From Candidatus Gottesmanbacteria bacterium (GTDB taxonomy: Bacteria > Patescibacteriota > Microgenomatia > UBA10105 > UBA927), in assembly GCA_023245335.1 (NCBI GenBank), contig JAHFKK010000001.1, positions 156,152 through 220,151 of the forward strand: a stretch of DNA of 64,000 nt, written 5' to 3'. The position numbers were made by a program, and so were the translations under genes. Below are positions 37,678 to 46,774 of the stretch, in pieces (the first letter of the stretch is position 1; every line of letters starts with the position of its first letter). The notes below the pieces were generated by a model. That model had not been told where the DNA came from. It worked only from the letters and a program-made list of their open reading frames with translations, and made no database searches.

Positions 37678-39090
37678 TCATTCTTGTTTCGACCAGGCGT
37701 TCCGGAGCGTGGTGACATATTCGGGCGTAAGGTTATACGTATCGCCCCACGCGTGAAGAACTTCTTCTTTCAACTGCGCCACTTCTTGATCTGTAGGGTT
37801 GAGGTCGCTTTTGATTTTAAGAAGCCCCTCCGGAATCTCTATGCCCTCTTGTGCGTATTTCTCTATACAGAGAACAACCGCGAGCTTGGACTCATCACGG
37901 GTGCCGACACATTCAAACGGCTTCACGGGGGTCAAACCGACTAATCCGCGGGTGTGCTTAATTATTTCCGGACTTTGTAAGTAATCCCGACCAAATATCT
38001 TGGTCGTTATGTCCTGATAGGAAATATACGGAAACAACGTGAGGTACGTGAAGGCGCACTTAGCGCATCTCCCGCACCACGCATTGGTCTTGCTTCCGAC
38101 ATTACAACTCCTGAATGTCGAAAAAAACTTCGGGTACCCGGCGAACGTCGCGCCGATCTGTATATCATTAAGAGGGCGAAGAAAGCTGAAATACAACGGC
38201 GAGTCATCAAAAAAATTCCGGCAATATTGTCGAAACGCCTGTTCAAATCGGAAACTCTTCGAGTACTGGTGATTTACTTCCATTCCGCGATACACAACGT
38301 TTCCTTCTTCGGCACTACGCTCATTTGACACAACAACATGATCGTTGCCATAAAGAAAAGCAACGGTAATACCGAGAAACGCAAGGTATGCGGAGAACGG
38401 GGTGTGGCCGTTGAGGTATCCGGCCCCGTTGAGCTTCAACAATTTTGGGTCTATCTCGCGCTCAATGATGGCTGGTTGAACAACCCCCGCCTCAAGAATG
38501 TTCGCAAGTGCTGCGTCTGTAGGATTAACAACCATCGTCTGAAATTTATTGCCGATTCCTTTAAGAATTCCGAGTGTCACCGCGGAATCTTTTCCACCTC
38601 CGACAAGAATCAAATCTCCCGGCGAATCTTGCAGGGAAAAGCGCCTTGGTTTGGTCGCGTCGCCCATCCTGGGACTTACCCTTATTCGGTTCCCAGGGCC
38701 TGACGCTGGACCATTTATGATCTGTAAAAAGTCCTGACGGGTAAAATCAATGTCGTTTCGGTAAAAAAATTCTCCCAGCCCATGGATAAATAGGTCATAC
38801 CAGAAACGAATTTGTTCTTGCGTCAATTGTCCCGCCTCCACCACAAACTCAGAAGGGCACGCCGCTTTCCAATAACTTATGGCCTCAATTAACCCGAGAT
38901 GAAACACGTACGGTACAAATGTGTCTGCCCGGATATCTCCAGCATAAGGAATCGTCACTTTGGGATGAAACACAATGTCCGGTTCGAGCACAAATTCGTA
39001 GGTAATGAGCACATCCGAACCATTATCAACTACATCATATGATTTATACACAAACCGTGGATGGTTTTCGCGGAGTTGGTGAAGCGTCAT
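37678..39090 (-). CDS. PP-loop ATP pyrophosphatase superfamily protein with C-terminal Cys cluster; candidate MurL-like epimerase (hypothesis)
   Basis: 470 aa with a PP-loop LVGGGKDS and a downstream CNVGSKTNAWCGRCAKC cysteine cluster. It is translationally coupled to murD, stop to start. Confidence 0.45.
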   Translation of the reverse strand: MTLHQLRENHPRFVYKSYDVVDNGSDVLITYEFVLEPDIVFHPKVTIPYAGDIRADTFVPYVFHLGLIEAISYWKAACPSEFVVEAGQLTQEQIRFWYDLFIHGLGEFFYRNDIDFTRQDFLQIINGPASGPGNRIRVSPRMGDATKPRRFSLQDSPGDLILVGGGKDSAVTLGILKGIGNKFQTMVVNPTDAALANILEAGVVQPAIIEREIDPKLLKLNGAGYLNGHTPFSAYLAFLGITVAFLYGNDHVVVSNERSAEEGNVVYRGMEVNHQYSKSFRFEQAFRQYCRNFFDDSPLYFSFLRPLNDIQIGATFAGYPKFFSTFRSCNVGSKTNAWCGRCAKCAFTYLTLFPYISYQDITTKIFGRDYLQSPEIIKHTRGLVGLTPVKPFECVGTRDESKLAVVLCIEKYAQEGIEIPEGLLKIKSDLNPTDQEVAQLKEEVLHAWGDTYNLTPEYVTTLRNAWSKQE

Positions 39091-39165
39091 GCCTCGTTAT
39101 TGTACCACCTCCGCCTGATTTCTCACATTTGTTTGAGAAGAAGGAGTGTAACAAAAGGGGCTCTT

Positions 39166-40740
39166 CTAGACTCCTGGGGTCTTTTCAAACACAACAACGT
39201 TTGTGGTTTTAGACAACGCGCGGACTTCCCGAATGACATAGTTTTTCCAGCGCAATTGATACGGACCCACACACTCAGAGAGGACCTTGGCTTCATCGAA
39301 CTTGTCGCAAACGAGATATACAAGTGGGTGATTTTCTCTTACACGACGATCCGGTTCGTTTCCGAGAAGCACGAATTTTACAGGATAATTTATTGACACA
39401 TGCAGTAAATAATACAGGGGTTCAGCAAAAAAATCGTACTGATCTTCCGGACGAAAAAGGTGCACGCCAATATCACGGGTTTGCGTTTTCCGGTAAACCA
39501 TGTCCTTTTGAATCGTCGACATAAGCACTTGGGCCGCCTCATACTCTCTCCTTGGGTGTGTGATGGTGGTCGTCCACCACGAGGCGGCGTTCCCAACGAC
39601 AAAAATAAAGAGGGCAAAAAAAATAATACCGCGGCGGGGGTTGTTGTGTTGTATGATCCACAGGTGAACCCACCGCGCGCATAGCACAAAAATAATTGGG
39701 TATAACGGAAGAAATCGATATGCCGGCATTTGCATACCAAACAATGCCGGGAGCACAAAGCCGAGAAACGCCCAGTGGTACCCAGAACGAAAAAACCCCT
39801 TAAACGATGACACGAATGTCTTTTGGCTGCCCATTATGCTTGTGACGACCACAATGGCCCCAATAAGCACCCTTAAGACTCTGCCCGCCTCTCCCCCCGG
39901 AGTGACCGTCCAAATTCTCACCACATCCTGTACAACGGTCGTCGCGAAAACAAAGGCAAGCGTCGTTGCCTGATACCACGTGGCGAGATGTGTGGCTTGT
40001 CGTATAATGCTCAACGTGTTGGTCTGTTGTAATGACACGCTCTGCATTACCCACGGGCCAAAAACAGCAGTAAACATTCCGCCGAGAAGGAGAAAGGACA
40101 AAAGGGCGCCGTAGCGTCTCGCCAGTCCACCAAATGAACGAAGGTGTGAGAAGGATCGCATTAACACAAACAACGCAAGGAGCGCGGGTGTAGGGTAAAA
40201 CGCTATTGCGAATACATAGAGCAGCACCCCGAAGCAATACACCCACAAATTCTTTTTCCGGAACGCAACCTCTGTCACCGCAAGATACGCACAGACAGCA
40301 ATCATTGTGGGAAATGGATTCCAAATCGACCTCCCATGCTCAATCATGGACGCAGACGTCATCACAAAAAATAGCGTCCAGATCCCTGTCCAGACGTCAA
40401 AACGCAGGAAGGCATAATAACCGACAAGTAGTCCGCTCAATACGCTCAAAATGATATATTCCGACGAAATTCCGCGGGGATCTGCGCTGACCACTTCAAG
40501 CGCGGCGACAAAATAATACAACAGCGGGTGAATGCTTCCCCCTTCAAACGTTATGATTGGCCCGGCGAGCGGGGTGTGATGGCTATAAATAATTTTGTGT
40601 GCGGTGAGAAGAAGGTCTCCCTGATCATCCATATAGTACATAGCCTGATCGCGGTTATAAAGGCGGAGGAATAACCCCACCAAAACCAACAAAACTCCAA
40701 TAACCAGGGGCATCGACAGTTTTGACCTCATCATCGTCAT
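39166..40740 (-). CDS. GT39/ArnT-like (PMT family) membrane glycosyltransferase
   Basis: Polytopic N-terminal region with a DD motif (YYMDDQGD) near the first loop and a C-terminal soluble domain. The start was trimmed to 40740 so that it does not overlap the dnaA promoter. Confidence 0.5.
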   Translation of the reverse strand: MTMMRSKLSMPLVIGVLLVLVGLFLRLYNRDQAMYYMDDQGDLLLTAHKIIYSHHTPLAGPIITFEGGSIHPLLYYFVAALEVVSADPRGISSEYIILSVLSGLLVGYYAFLRFDVWTGIWTLFFVMTSASMIEHGRSIWNPFPTMIAVCAYLAVTEVAFRKKNLWVYCFGVLLYVFAIAFYPTPALLALFVLMRSFSHLRSFGGLARRYGALLSFLLLGGMFTAVFGPWVMQSVSLQQTNTLSIIRQATHLATWYQATTLAFVFATTVVQDVVRIWTVTPGGEAGRVLRVLIGAIVVVTSIMGSQKTFVSSFKGFFRSGYHWAFLGFVLPALFGMQMPAYRFLPLYPIIFVLCARWVHLWIIQHNNPRRGIIFFALFIFVVGNAASWWTTTITHPRREYEAAQVLMSTIQKDMVYRKTQTRDIGVHLFRPEDQYDFFAEPLYYLLHVSINYPVKFVLLGNEPDRRVRENHPLVYLVCDKFDEAKVLSECVGPYQLRWKNYVIREVRALSKTTNVVVFEKTPGV

Positions 40741-40804
40741 ACGGATATAGTAGGACACATCGGGCCTTTTTGCACCCGCCTTCTCCCAACGCGGTTGATG
40801 TCCT

Positions 40805-40850
40805 TGACAAAGAGTGGATTGTTGTCTAGTATGTGGAAAAGTTTTCCACA
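40805..40850 (+). promoter_or_regulatory. dnaA promoter (TTGACA-N17-TAGTAT) with palindromic pair of DnaA boxes
   Basis: TTGACA at 40805-40810 and TAGTAT at 40828-40833. TGTGGAAAA/TTTTCCACA inverted DnaA boxes at 40833-40850, just upstream of the dnaA start at 40870. Confidence 0.5.
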
Positions 40851-40869
40851 TTCTGCTCCGGGTCTTCAT

Positions 40870-42237
40870 ATGGATCTAACACGACTTTGGAAATCGGTGC
40901 TGTCGGAAATTGAATTATCGGTTTCAAAGGCCACGTATCAAACGCACTTTGCGCATTCCCTTTTGTTGTCCCTGGATGAGGGTGTCGCGTCAATTGCGTT
41001 TCCAAGCCCCCTCATGCGAACACTTGCTGAAACCCGCTACTACAGTCTTATTAAAAATATTCTTGACCACAAAACCGACGCCAATACAAGCCTTGTTTTT
41101 TCTGTATTACCAAGAAAAGAGCCGTCGGAAAAAGACGCGGGGCCGCTTTTCTCTCAAACCATGGACCCGACCCCCAACACAAACGTGCTCGCAAAAAAAC
41201 TTCACATAAACGCGGAATTGCGATTTGACAACTTTGCGGTCTCGACGACAAATCAACTCGCGTACGCCGCAACCACCGCGGTCGCCAAAAATCCCGGGTC
41301 GGCGTATAACCCCTTGTTCCTCTATGGGGGGGTGGGGGTGGGGAAAACGCACCTTATGTACGCAATAGCAAACGCGCTTCTCGCCAAAAAGCCCTCCGCG
41401 CGCGTTGTCTACTGCATGGGAGAGGAGTTTTTGAACGAAATTATTGAGTCGATTCAAATGCGTTCAACCCGACAGTTCAAACAAAAATATAGGGGGGCGG
41501 AACTTCTAATGGTTGATGACGTACAATTTATCGCCGGCAAACAAACCGCGCAGGAAGAGTTTTTTCATACGTTTAATGCCGTGCTTCGCGAGGGGGGGCA
41601 GATCCTTCTCACCTCAGATCGTCCGCCGCATGAAATTTCCCGGCTTGAAGACCGGCTGAGAAGCCGGTTTGAGGGCGGCCTTATTGTTGATATTTCCCCT
41701 CCGGACTTCGAGCTTCGGGCTGCCATCGTCAACATCAAATCCAAGGCTTTGGGCGTTACGGTTCCTTCTGATTGCGCACAGCTTGTCGCCGCAAACGTCG
41801 TCGACGCGAGAGCTATTGAGGGTTTTTTGCGGCGCCTGACGACAGAGCTTGCCACAAAGCCACAACCCATAACCCCAGAGCTCATATCGGGTCTTCTCAA
41901 CGCAAAGTCCGTATTTACCAATCACGCCCAAACCCCAAGGCGGGTATCCCCACAAGAACTTATGGATGCGGTTTCTCTTTATTTCAACATTAAGCCCACA
42001 CAATTAAAGGGCCCGAAGCGCGACCGACCCATCGCCAGGCCCAGACAGGTATTTATGTATCTTGCCAAAACCGAACTTGGGATTACGTACGAAGACATTG
42101 GTGGGTCCCTGGGGGGGCGGGACCATACGACCATTATGCACGGGGTAAACACAATTACCCAGGAGTTGTCCACAAACGAGGCTCTCCGGCAGGCGGTGGC
42201 GGGGATAAAACTCAAATTATGGACTCCCTCAATATGA
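40870..42237 (+). CDS. dnaA: Chromosomal replication initiator DnaA
   Basis: AAA+ region GGVGVGKTHL, LLMVDDVQF, sensor motifs and a C-terminal DNA-binding domain (GGRDHTTIMHG). The start was trimmed to MDLTRLWKSVL. Confidence 0.9.
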   Translation: MDLTRLWKSVLSEIELSVSKATYQTHFAHSLLLSLDEGVASIAFPSPLMRTLAETRYYSLIKNILDHKTDANTSLVFSVLPRKEPSEKDAGPLFSQTMDPTPNTNVLAKKLHINAELRFDNFAVSTTNQLAYAATTAVAKNPGSAYNPLFLYGGVGVGKTHLMYAIANALLAKKPSARVVYCMGEEFLNEIIESIQMRSTRQFKQKYRGAELLMVDDVQFIAGKQTAQEEFFHTFNAVLREGGQILLTSDRPPHEISRLEDRLRSRFEGGLIVDISPPDFELRAAIVNIKSKALGVTVPSDCAQLVAANVVDARAIEGFLRRLTTELATKPQPITPELISGLLNAKSVFTNHAQTPRRVSPQELMDAVSLYFNIKPTQLKGPKRDRPIARPRQVFMYLAKTELGITYEDIGGSLGGRDHTTIMHGVNTITQELSTNEALRQAVAGIKLKLWTPSI

Positions 42238-42415
42238 ACTTTTCCACTTATACACAATTCTCTACGATTTATCCACAAAAGTATCCCCCTTTCTTTTCCG
42301 GGGGTTTCCCTTTTTATCCACAGCTTTCCTCGCTGGTTTGTCCCGCCGTTGACATACAAGCCAAAAAACCATACACTTTTCCACGCCTTATTCTTACTAC
42401 TACTACTTTTGGTAT
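42238..42415. promoter_or_regulatory. Putative oriC (dnaA-dnaN intergenic): DnaA boxes + AT-rich unwinding element
   Basis: TTATCCACA at 42269-42277 and 42314-42322, TTTTCCACG near 42376-42384, then an AT-rich stretch at 42390-42440. Confidence 0.55.
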
Positions 42416-43525
42416 ATGAATATAAAATTATTACAAGAAAATTTCTTGAAAGCGCTCACGAGAGCGTTACGGGTTGTTCCCTCCCGCCCACAGCTTCCAA
42501 TACTACAAAACATAAGGCTCGTTGCGAAAAAAGACGGATTGGAAATTACCGCGACAAACATGGAAACGACGGAAACCGTGTGGTTGGGTGGGAAGGTGGA
42601 AAGAGAGGGGGAAGCCTGTGTCTCCGCACGAACCCTGTTTGAACTAGTCGCCTCATTCCCCGCAGAGACAACCCATGTGGTAGTCAAAGAAGAAACTCTT
42701 TACGTTTCCTGCGGCGGATTTCAGGCAACGCTTCCCATCGTGAACTCGTCAGAGTTTCCGCCAACGCCAGCTCTAGAAGAGAAGGCGGCGGGAGTGATGG
42801 ACAAAGAAACGCTCGACAAAGCGCTTGCAAGCGTGCTTTTCGCTGCGGCGACAGACGAAGGGCGTCCCCTTTTGACCGGGGTAAAAATACTTGCGGAGGG
42901 CGACGAGGTCAGGCTGGTTGCGACAGACGGATACCGGCTTTCTGTGAAAAGGGTGACGCTCGCGGCCCAGAAGCTAACAGGGGCGGTCATCCCCGCGCGC
43001 GCGCTTTCTGAGGTGGTCAAGCTTGGTCAGGAAGAAAAGGAAGAAAAAGAGGTTCGCGTCGGGCTCGCAGGAGAAAAACAGGCAGGGTTTATTATTGGTG
43101 AGACGGCGCTTCTTACCCGGCTTCTTGACGGGGAGTATCCGAATTTTGAACGAATCATCCCAAAGACGTTCACGACACGAGCACTTATAGAAAAAGAGCC
43201 GTTTTTGCGCGCCGTCCGTTCAGCCGCGATATTTGCACGGGATAACGCAAACATTGTGCGCTTAAGTCTAGATAAACAAAAGATTATCGTTTCAGCAAAC
43301 GCCCCCCAGGTTGGAGAAAACAAGATTGAACTGGAAGCAAAAATTGACGGTGAGGGCGGGGAAATAGCGTTTAATAGCAGGTTCTTGGTTGACTTCCTTA
43401 CGAATTTTCCCGACGAAGAGTTTCTGTTTGAAATGACCGGGGCGCTTAACGCCGGTGCATTCAAGCCAGTCAAAGACGATTCATACCTTCACATCATTAT
43501 GCCCGTCCGGGTGACTTCAAATTAG
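42416..43525 (+). CDS. dnaN: DNA polymerase III beta sliding clamp
   Basis: 369 aa with a three-domain clamp pattern; the N-terminus MNIKLLQENFLKAL is typical of DnaN. Confidence 0.85.
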   Translation: MNIKLLQENFLKALTRALRVVPSRPQLPILQNIRLVAKKDGLEITATNMETTETVWLGGKVEREGEACVSARTLFELVASFPAETTHVVVKEETLYVSCGGFQATLPIVNSSEFPPTPALEEKAAGVMDKETLDKALASVLFAAATDEGRPLLTGVKILAEGDEVRLVATDGYRLSVKRVTLAAQKLTGAVIPARALSEVVKLGQEEKEEKEVRVGLAGEKQAGFIIGETALLTRLLDGEYPNFERIIPKTFTTRALIEKEPFLRAVRSAAIFARDNANIVRLSLDKQKIIVSANAPQVGENKIELEAKIDGEGGEIAFNSRFLVDFLTNFPDEEFLFEMTGALNAGAFKPVKDDSYLHIIMPVRVTSN

Positions 43526-43528
43526 AGG

Positions 43529-44515
43529 TCAGTTTGTTTGTGGAGAGGCCCAAAGGAAATACGTTGCCTCTTGCGAAACCCCACTAGTGTCGGCGCCTGT
43601 CCCGTGAAGTAAAAGCGCCGGCATGAGACGGCCCTCCTCTTCGGCGTATACCAACAAGGTTTTGTCGATAGCAAAAGACCGAAACGTCAGCGCTCCACCA
43701 AGACCAACCGTTTGGGGGTTGTTTCCGGACACAACGGCCGCACGCTTTTGAGATAAATTTGCAATGACGTCACCCTTCGTGATAATAGGAAGCGAACCCG
43801 CGGGAGTCAATGATTGCGGCGGGGGATTAAGCGTTGCTGACCGAATGATACCAAGATTGTCAACGACAACGGAGTTAGAGCTGGGCCCGCCCCCCGACGT
43901 TACTATGGGTATCCCTCCGAGCGTGTAAGAAAAGCTAACGCCCTGAAACACCGACGCTCCAAGAGAGTCTTGTATAGACAAACCATCAAACGGGCCGTCA
44001 AAAATTTCTATCTGTGACAGGGTGACCCCCGGGGGGAGCGCAAAGAGACCGGTGATGAATTGGCTTGCGGCCTCTGTGACGCTCGATGTAGAGGAGGGCT
44101 TGCTTCGTGCTTGAGATTGGTGAAAAACAATTGTTTTGGCCCCGCCTTGTGAGACAGTGGTGGAAAAATCCGCCCCCTCCCTTGCCCACGTTGTTGTTTC
44201 TGTCCCGGATCGAATCAACGAAGACGGGGACGCAGGAATAGAAAAGACGGACAGATTGTTAAGAACCGCCCGATCGAGTTGTGCCGGCGTGTAGTCGGTG
44301 GCAGAATACACAGGAAGCGAGGTGGGGAGTGCGGGTTGAGAGGCAAAAGAAAACACCACATTGTCCGGTTGTTGGATTTCTATAACGGGCGCCGGACGGA
44401 CAACAACGGGGGGTTGGGTTGGGGCGGCGGGCCTTACGCGACCCGAGAAAGAAAGGGAGACGACAACAACAACCAGAGACAACAAACCAATAAAAAAGAC
44501 CGTTCGACGATTCAT
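43529..44515 (-). CDS. Hypothetical membrane-anchored exported protein (last gene of T4SS-like operon)
   Basis: N-terminal TM followed by Pro/Ser/Thr-rich and beta-rich extracytoplasmic sequence. Confidence 0.4.
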   Translation of the reverse strand: MNRRTVFFIGLLSLVVVVVSLSFSGRVRPAAPTQPPVVVRPAPVIEIQQPDNVVFSFASQPALPTSLPVYSATDYTPAQLDRAVLNNLSVFSIPASPSSLIRSGTETTTWAREGADFSTTVSQGGAKTIVFHQSQARSKPSSTSSVTEAASQFITGLFALPPGVTLSQIEIFDGPFDGLSIQDSLGASVFQGVSFSYTLGGIPIVTSGGGPSSNSVVVDNLGIIRSATLNPPPQSLTPAGSLPIITKGDVIANLSQKRAAVVSGNNPQTVGLGGALTFRSFAIDKTLLVYAEEEGRLMPALLLHGTGADTSGVSQEATYFLWASPQTN

Positions 44516-44519
44516 ATGT

Positions 44520-46769
44520 TTATTGTGCGCTTACCGACCCCTGCGGGCAACCTTTTCCAACCAAGAAACAACGCAGGTCGTTGCTCACGCAGCCCAAAAT
44601 TTCGTTTTTGCTCAGTGGTGTATCAGGAAGAAGGTCTAATACGTTCCCGCCAGATAATACCCCAAAATGCAGATGTTGTCCCGAAGAATTTCCCGTTTGG
44701 TCCATCCAACCGATTTGTACGTGTGCGGGCACCGTAGCACCCTTGGTTATGGCGGGATTGATAGCCTTTTTGAGATGCCCGTAAATAATTGTATACCCGT
44801 CGTCTGTGCGCATCGTAACGTAATTTCCGTATCCCTGTCCGCACCCATTACCCAACTCCCCGGAATTGTCGTTGCAGTTGTCATTTACATATAAAATAGT
44901 GCCGGAGCGAATAGTATAAACCGCAACGTTTCCGTCGGCATAGATGTCAACCCCGTTTTTGTCCGACCCGCTCGCGTGCGACGCTTTTGGGTCACAGGTG
45001 ACGTTCGGCCCCTGAGAGATTTTGCCGCTTGTGGGCCAGCGACAGTCGCCGACACACGCTTTAAACGTACACAAGGGGTCGGTGGGATTTTTACTGCAAT
45101 CAACCGCCCCTCCCCCAGGCGGCCCCTGGTCGCCCTCTTGTTGGTAGAGCGAATCAATTACAGCCGCTGACCGAGAGCTGTTTGCGATCATGGGAAGGTT
45201 AAACGGAGAGGGGAATATAAACAGAAGGATAACCACCCCCACGGCAATGAGCCCGACGAGGAGGGGCAAATCTTCCATTATAGGCGTAGGTAATCCTGCG
45301 GCACGCCGAGACGCAGACATCTGCTGGGGTAGAAATGGACCGTAAAAAATAAACGACGTTGTTTTGTCGATTGCGGAAGAAAACAAATTTCCAAGTTGTT
45401 CTCCAAGTATGCCCAATGAGAGAAACGGAAACCAAATGGACCATTGATTTTTAGATGTTCGACCCCCCACCCCCGAACCTGACCTCGCGGCGAAGGCTTC
45501 CCATGGGGACATGCCGTTTGGTAAAAAATTGTGCCCCCTCGGCGCGTTGGCGTTTGCGCGGGCAAGCTCCATATAATCAAAGAGCCGTTCCTTGGTGGCT
45601 TGGGTAATTGCGGGATCCAGCGGCCCGCGGAAGACCGTAGAAAAAACGTCTCCGAACACCGACCCCGCCTGGGCGGTCGACGGTTTTTCGCTCAAGGATT
45701 TGGTAAGGTCCTGGGTAATATGCGTAAACACCGCCGAGTGGACAAACGTTTCTCCCAAACGATCCGTAAGCTGTTGTGTGCTTGAAAGAAGCGAACGCAG
45801 GGTTCCGTTTACTTTTTCCTTATATATAATTTCCCGGACCGGTTCTCCCACGATTGACAATAGGCCCTCTGCGGCTTGTTGTAGGCCCTTCGTCACACCC
45901 ACACCCTTGCCGTGAGTAAAAAATCCGCGTGATGACGCCGGGTGTGCCGTGTCCTGGCGCTCGATTGCTTGTGCCACCTGCGCTAACTTGATGCCCCTTA
46001 CGAGCGCAGCATCTTTTTGTCCTTCTGCGGCGTTTATCACAACGTCGGCAAGGACGTCCGGCCGCTTAAGGTCTAAGTTTTCGTAGACTGCCGCAACGAG
46101 CTCCCGTTCGGATTTGTGTGCGGCAACCGCGGTCGTGAAGTATTCCTCGTGATTGGCGAGAGCCTCTTCAATCGTGGTTTTTAAACGCGCGCGCTGATCC
46201 GGAGAGATGTCGGAGCCCGCGTAAACCTCGCTTGAAGCAGTAAGCATTTCAGCAAATCGGTCTTTGGTTTGCAGTGTCGTTGCTTCTCCCGCGGCCGCAA
46301 CCAACGACTGGTCAACGATTGAGCCAAGTTGTTTATCGGTGAGCGACGGCATCGTGGAGCTGTATTTAGATACCAACTCATGAATAAACGCCCGTCGTCG
46401 TTCTTTGTATGGTTCGAGTTTGGCGGTTGTATGTTCCCGGGCGCGCGTAACCGCCACCCGTCGAAGAGTCGCGACACTGTGTATCTCGTTTTCGTTAAGG
46501 GGAGCGTCCGGTTCAGCCCCCTGAAAACTGGGGAGTTCGCGTAATTTGTCGCTCGTGTCCGTGAATACGGTCTTGAGAAGCGCGAGTACCGCCTCGTCGT
46601 TCTGGAGAGCCGCCTCAGCAAGCTGGCCGCTTTTGGCCGTCAGCGACTCCCGTAAAAATCCATATTGCTGACAAGCGGAGAGGGCCCCCTCTGCCGTAAT
46701 GGTGCCGTTATTCAGATCGGATAATAGATTATTGGAAAATTCCAATAATGTCTGATGCGCTTCTGCCAT
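44520..46769 (-). CDS. Bitopic protein: large cytoplasmic helical domain - TM - extracytoplasmic M23 (LytM) metallopeptidase domain
   Basis: C-terminal YTIIYGHL...GNSSGQHLHFGV is the M23 HxxxD/HxH family signature. The TM is LPLLVGLIAVGVVILLFIF at ~aa 500. Positioned directly downstream of virB4. Confidence 0.7.
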   Translation of the reverse strand: MAEAHQTLLEFSNNLLSDLNNGTITAEGALSACQQYGFLRESLTAKSGQLAEAALQNDEAVLALLKTVFTDTSDKLRELPSFQGAEPDAPLNENEIHSVATLRRVAVTRAREHTTAKLEPYKERRRAFIHELVSKYSSTMPSLTDKQLGSIVDQSLVAAAGEATTLQTKDRFAEMLTASSEVYAGSDISPDQRARLKTTIEEALANHEEYFTTAVAAHKSERELVAAVYENLDLKRPDVLADVVINAAEGQKDAALVRGIKLAQVAQAIERQDTAHPASSRGFFTHGKGVGVTKGLQQAAEGLLSIVGEPVREIIYKEKVNGTLRSLLSSTQQLTDRLGETFVHSAVFTHITQDLTKSLSEKPSTAQAGSVFGDVFSTVFRGPLDPAITQATKERLFDYMELARANANAPRGHNFLPNGMSPWEAFAARSGSGVGGRTSKNQWSIWFPFLSLGILGEQLGNLFSSAIDKTTSFIFYGPFLPQQMSASRRAAGLPTPIMEDLPLLVGLIAVGVVILLFIFPSPFNLPMIANSSRSAAVIDSLYQQEGDQGPPGGGAVDCSKNPTDPLCTFKACVGDCRWPTSGKISQGPNVTCDPKASHASGSDKNGVDIYADGNVAVYTIRSGTILYVNDNCNDNSGELGNGCGQGYGNYVTMRTDDGYTIIYGHLKKAINPAITKGATVPAHVQIGWMDQTGNSSGQHLHFGVLSGGNVLDLLPDTPLSKNEILGCVSNDLRCFLVGKGCPQGSVSAQ

Positions 46770-46774
46770 GGTGG

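Noticed and set aside
40795-40869. Extended dnaA N-terminus (MMSLTKSGLL...)
   Set aside because: The extension would overlap the sigma70-like promoter and the DnaA-box palindrome. The internal start MDLTRLWKSVL at 40870 matches the usual DnaA N-terminus.
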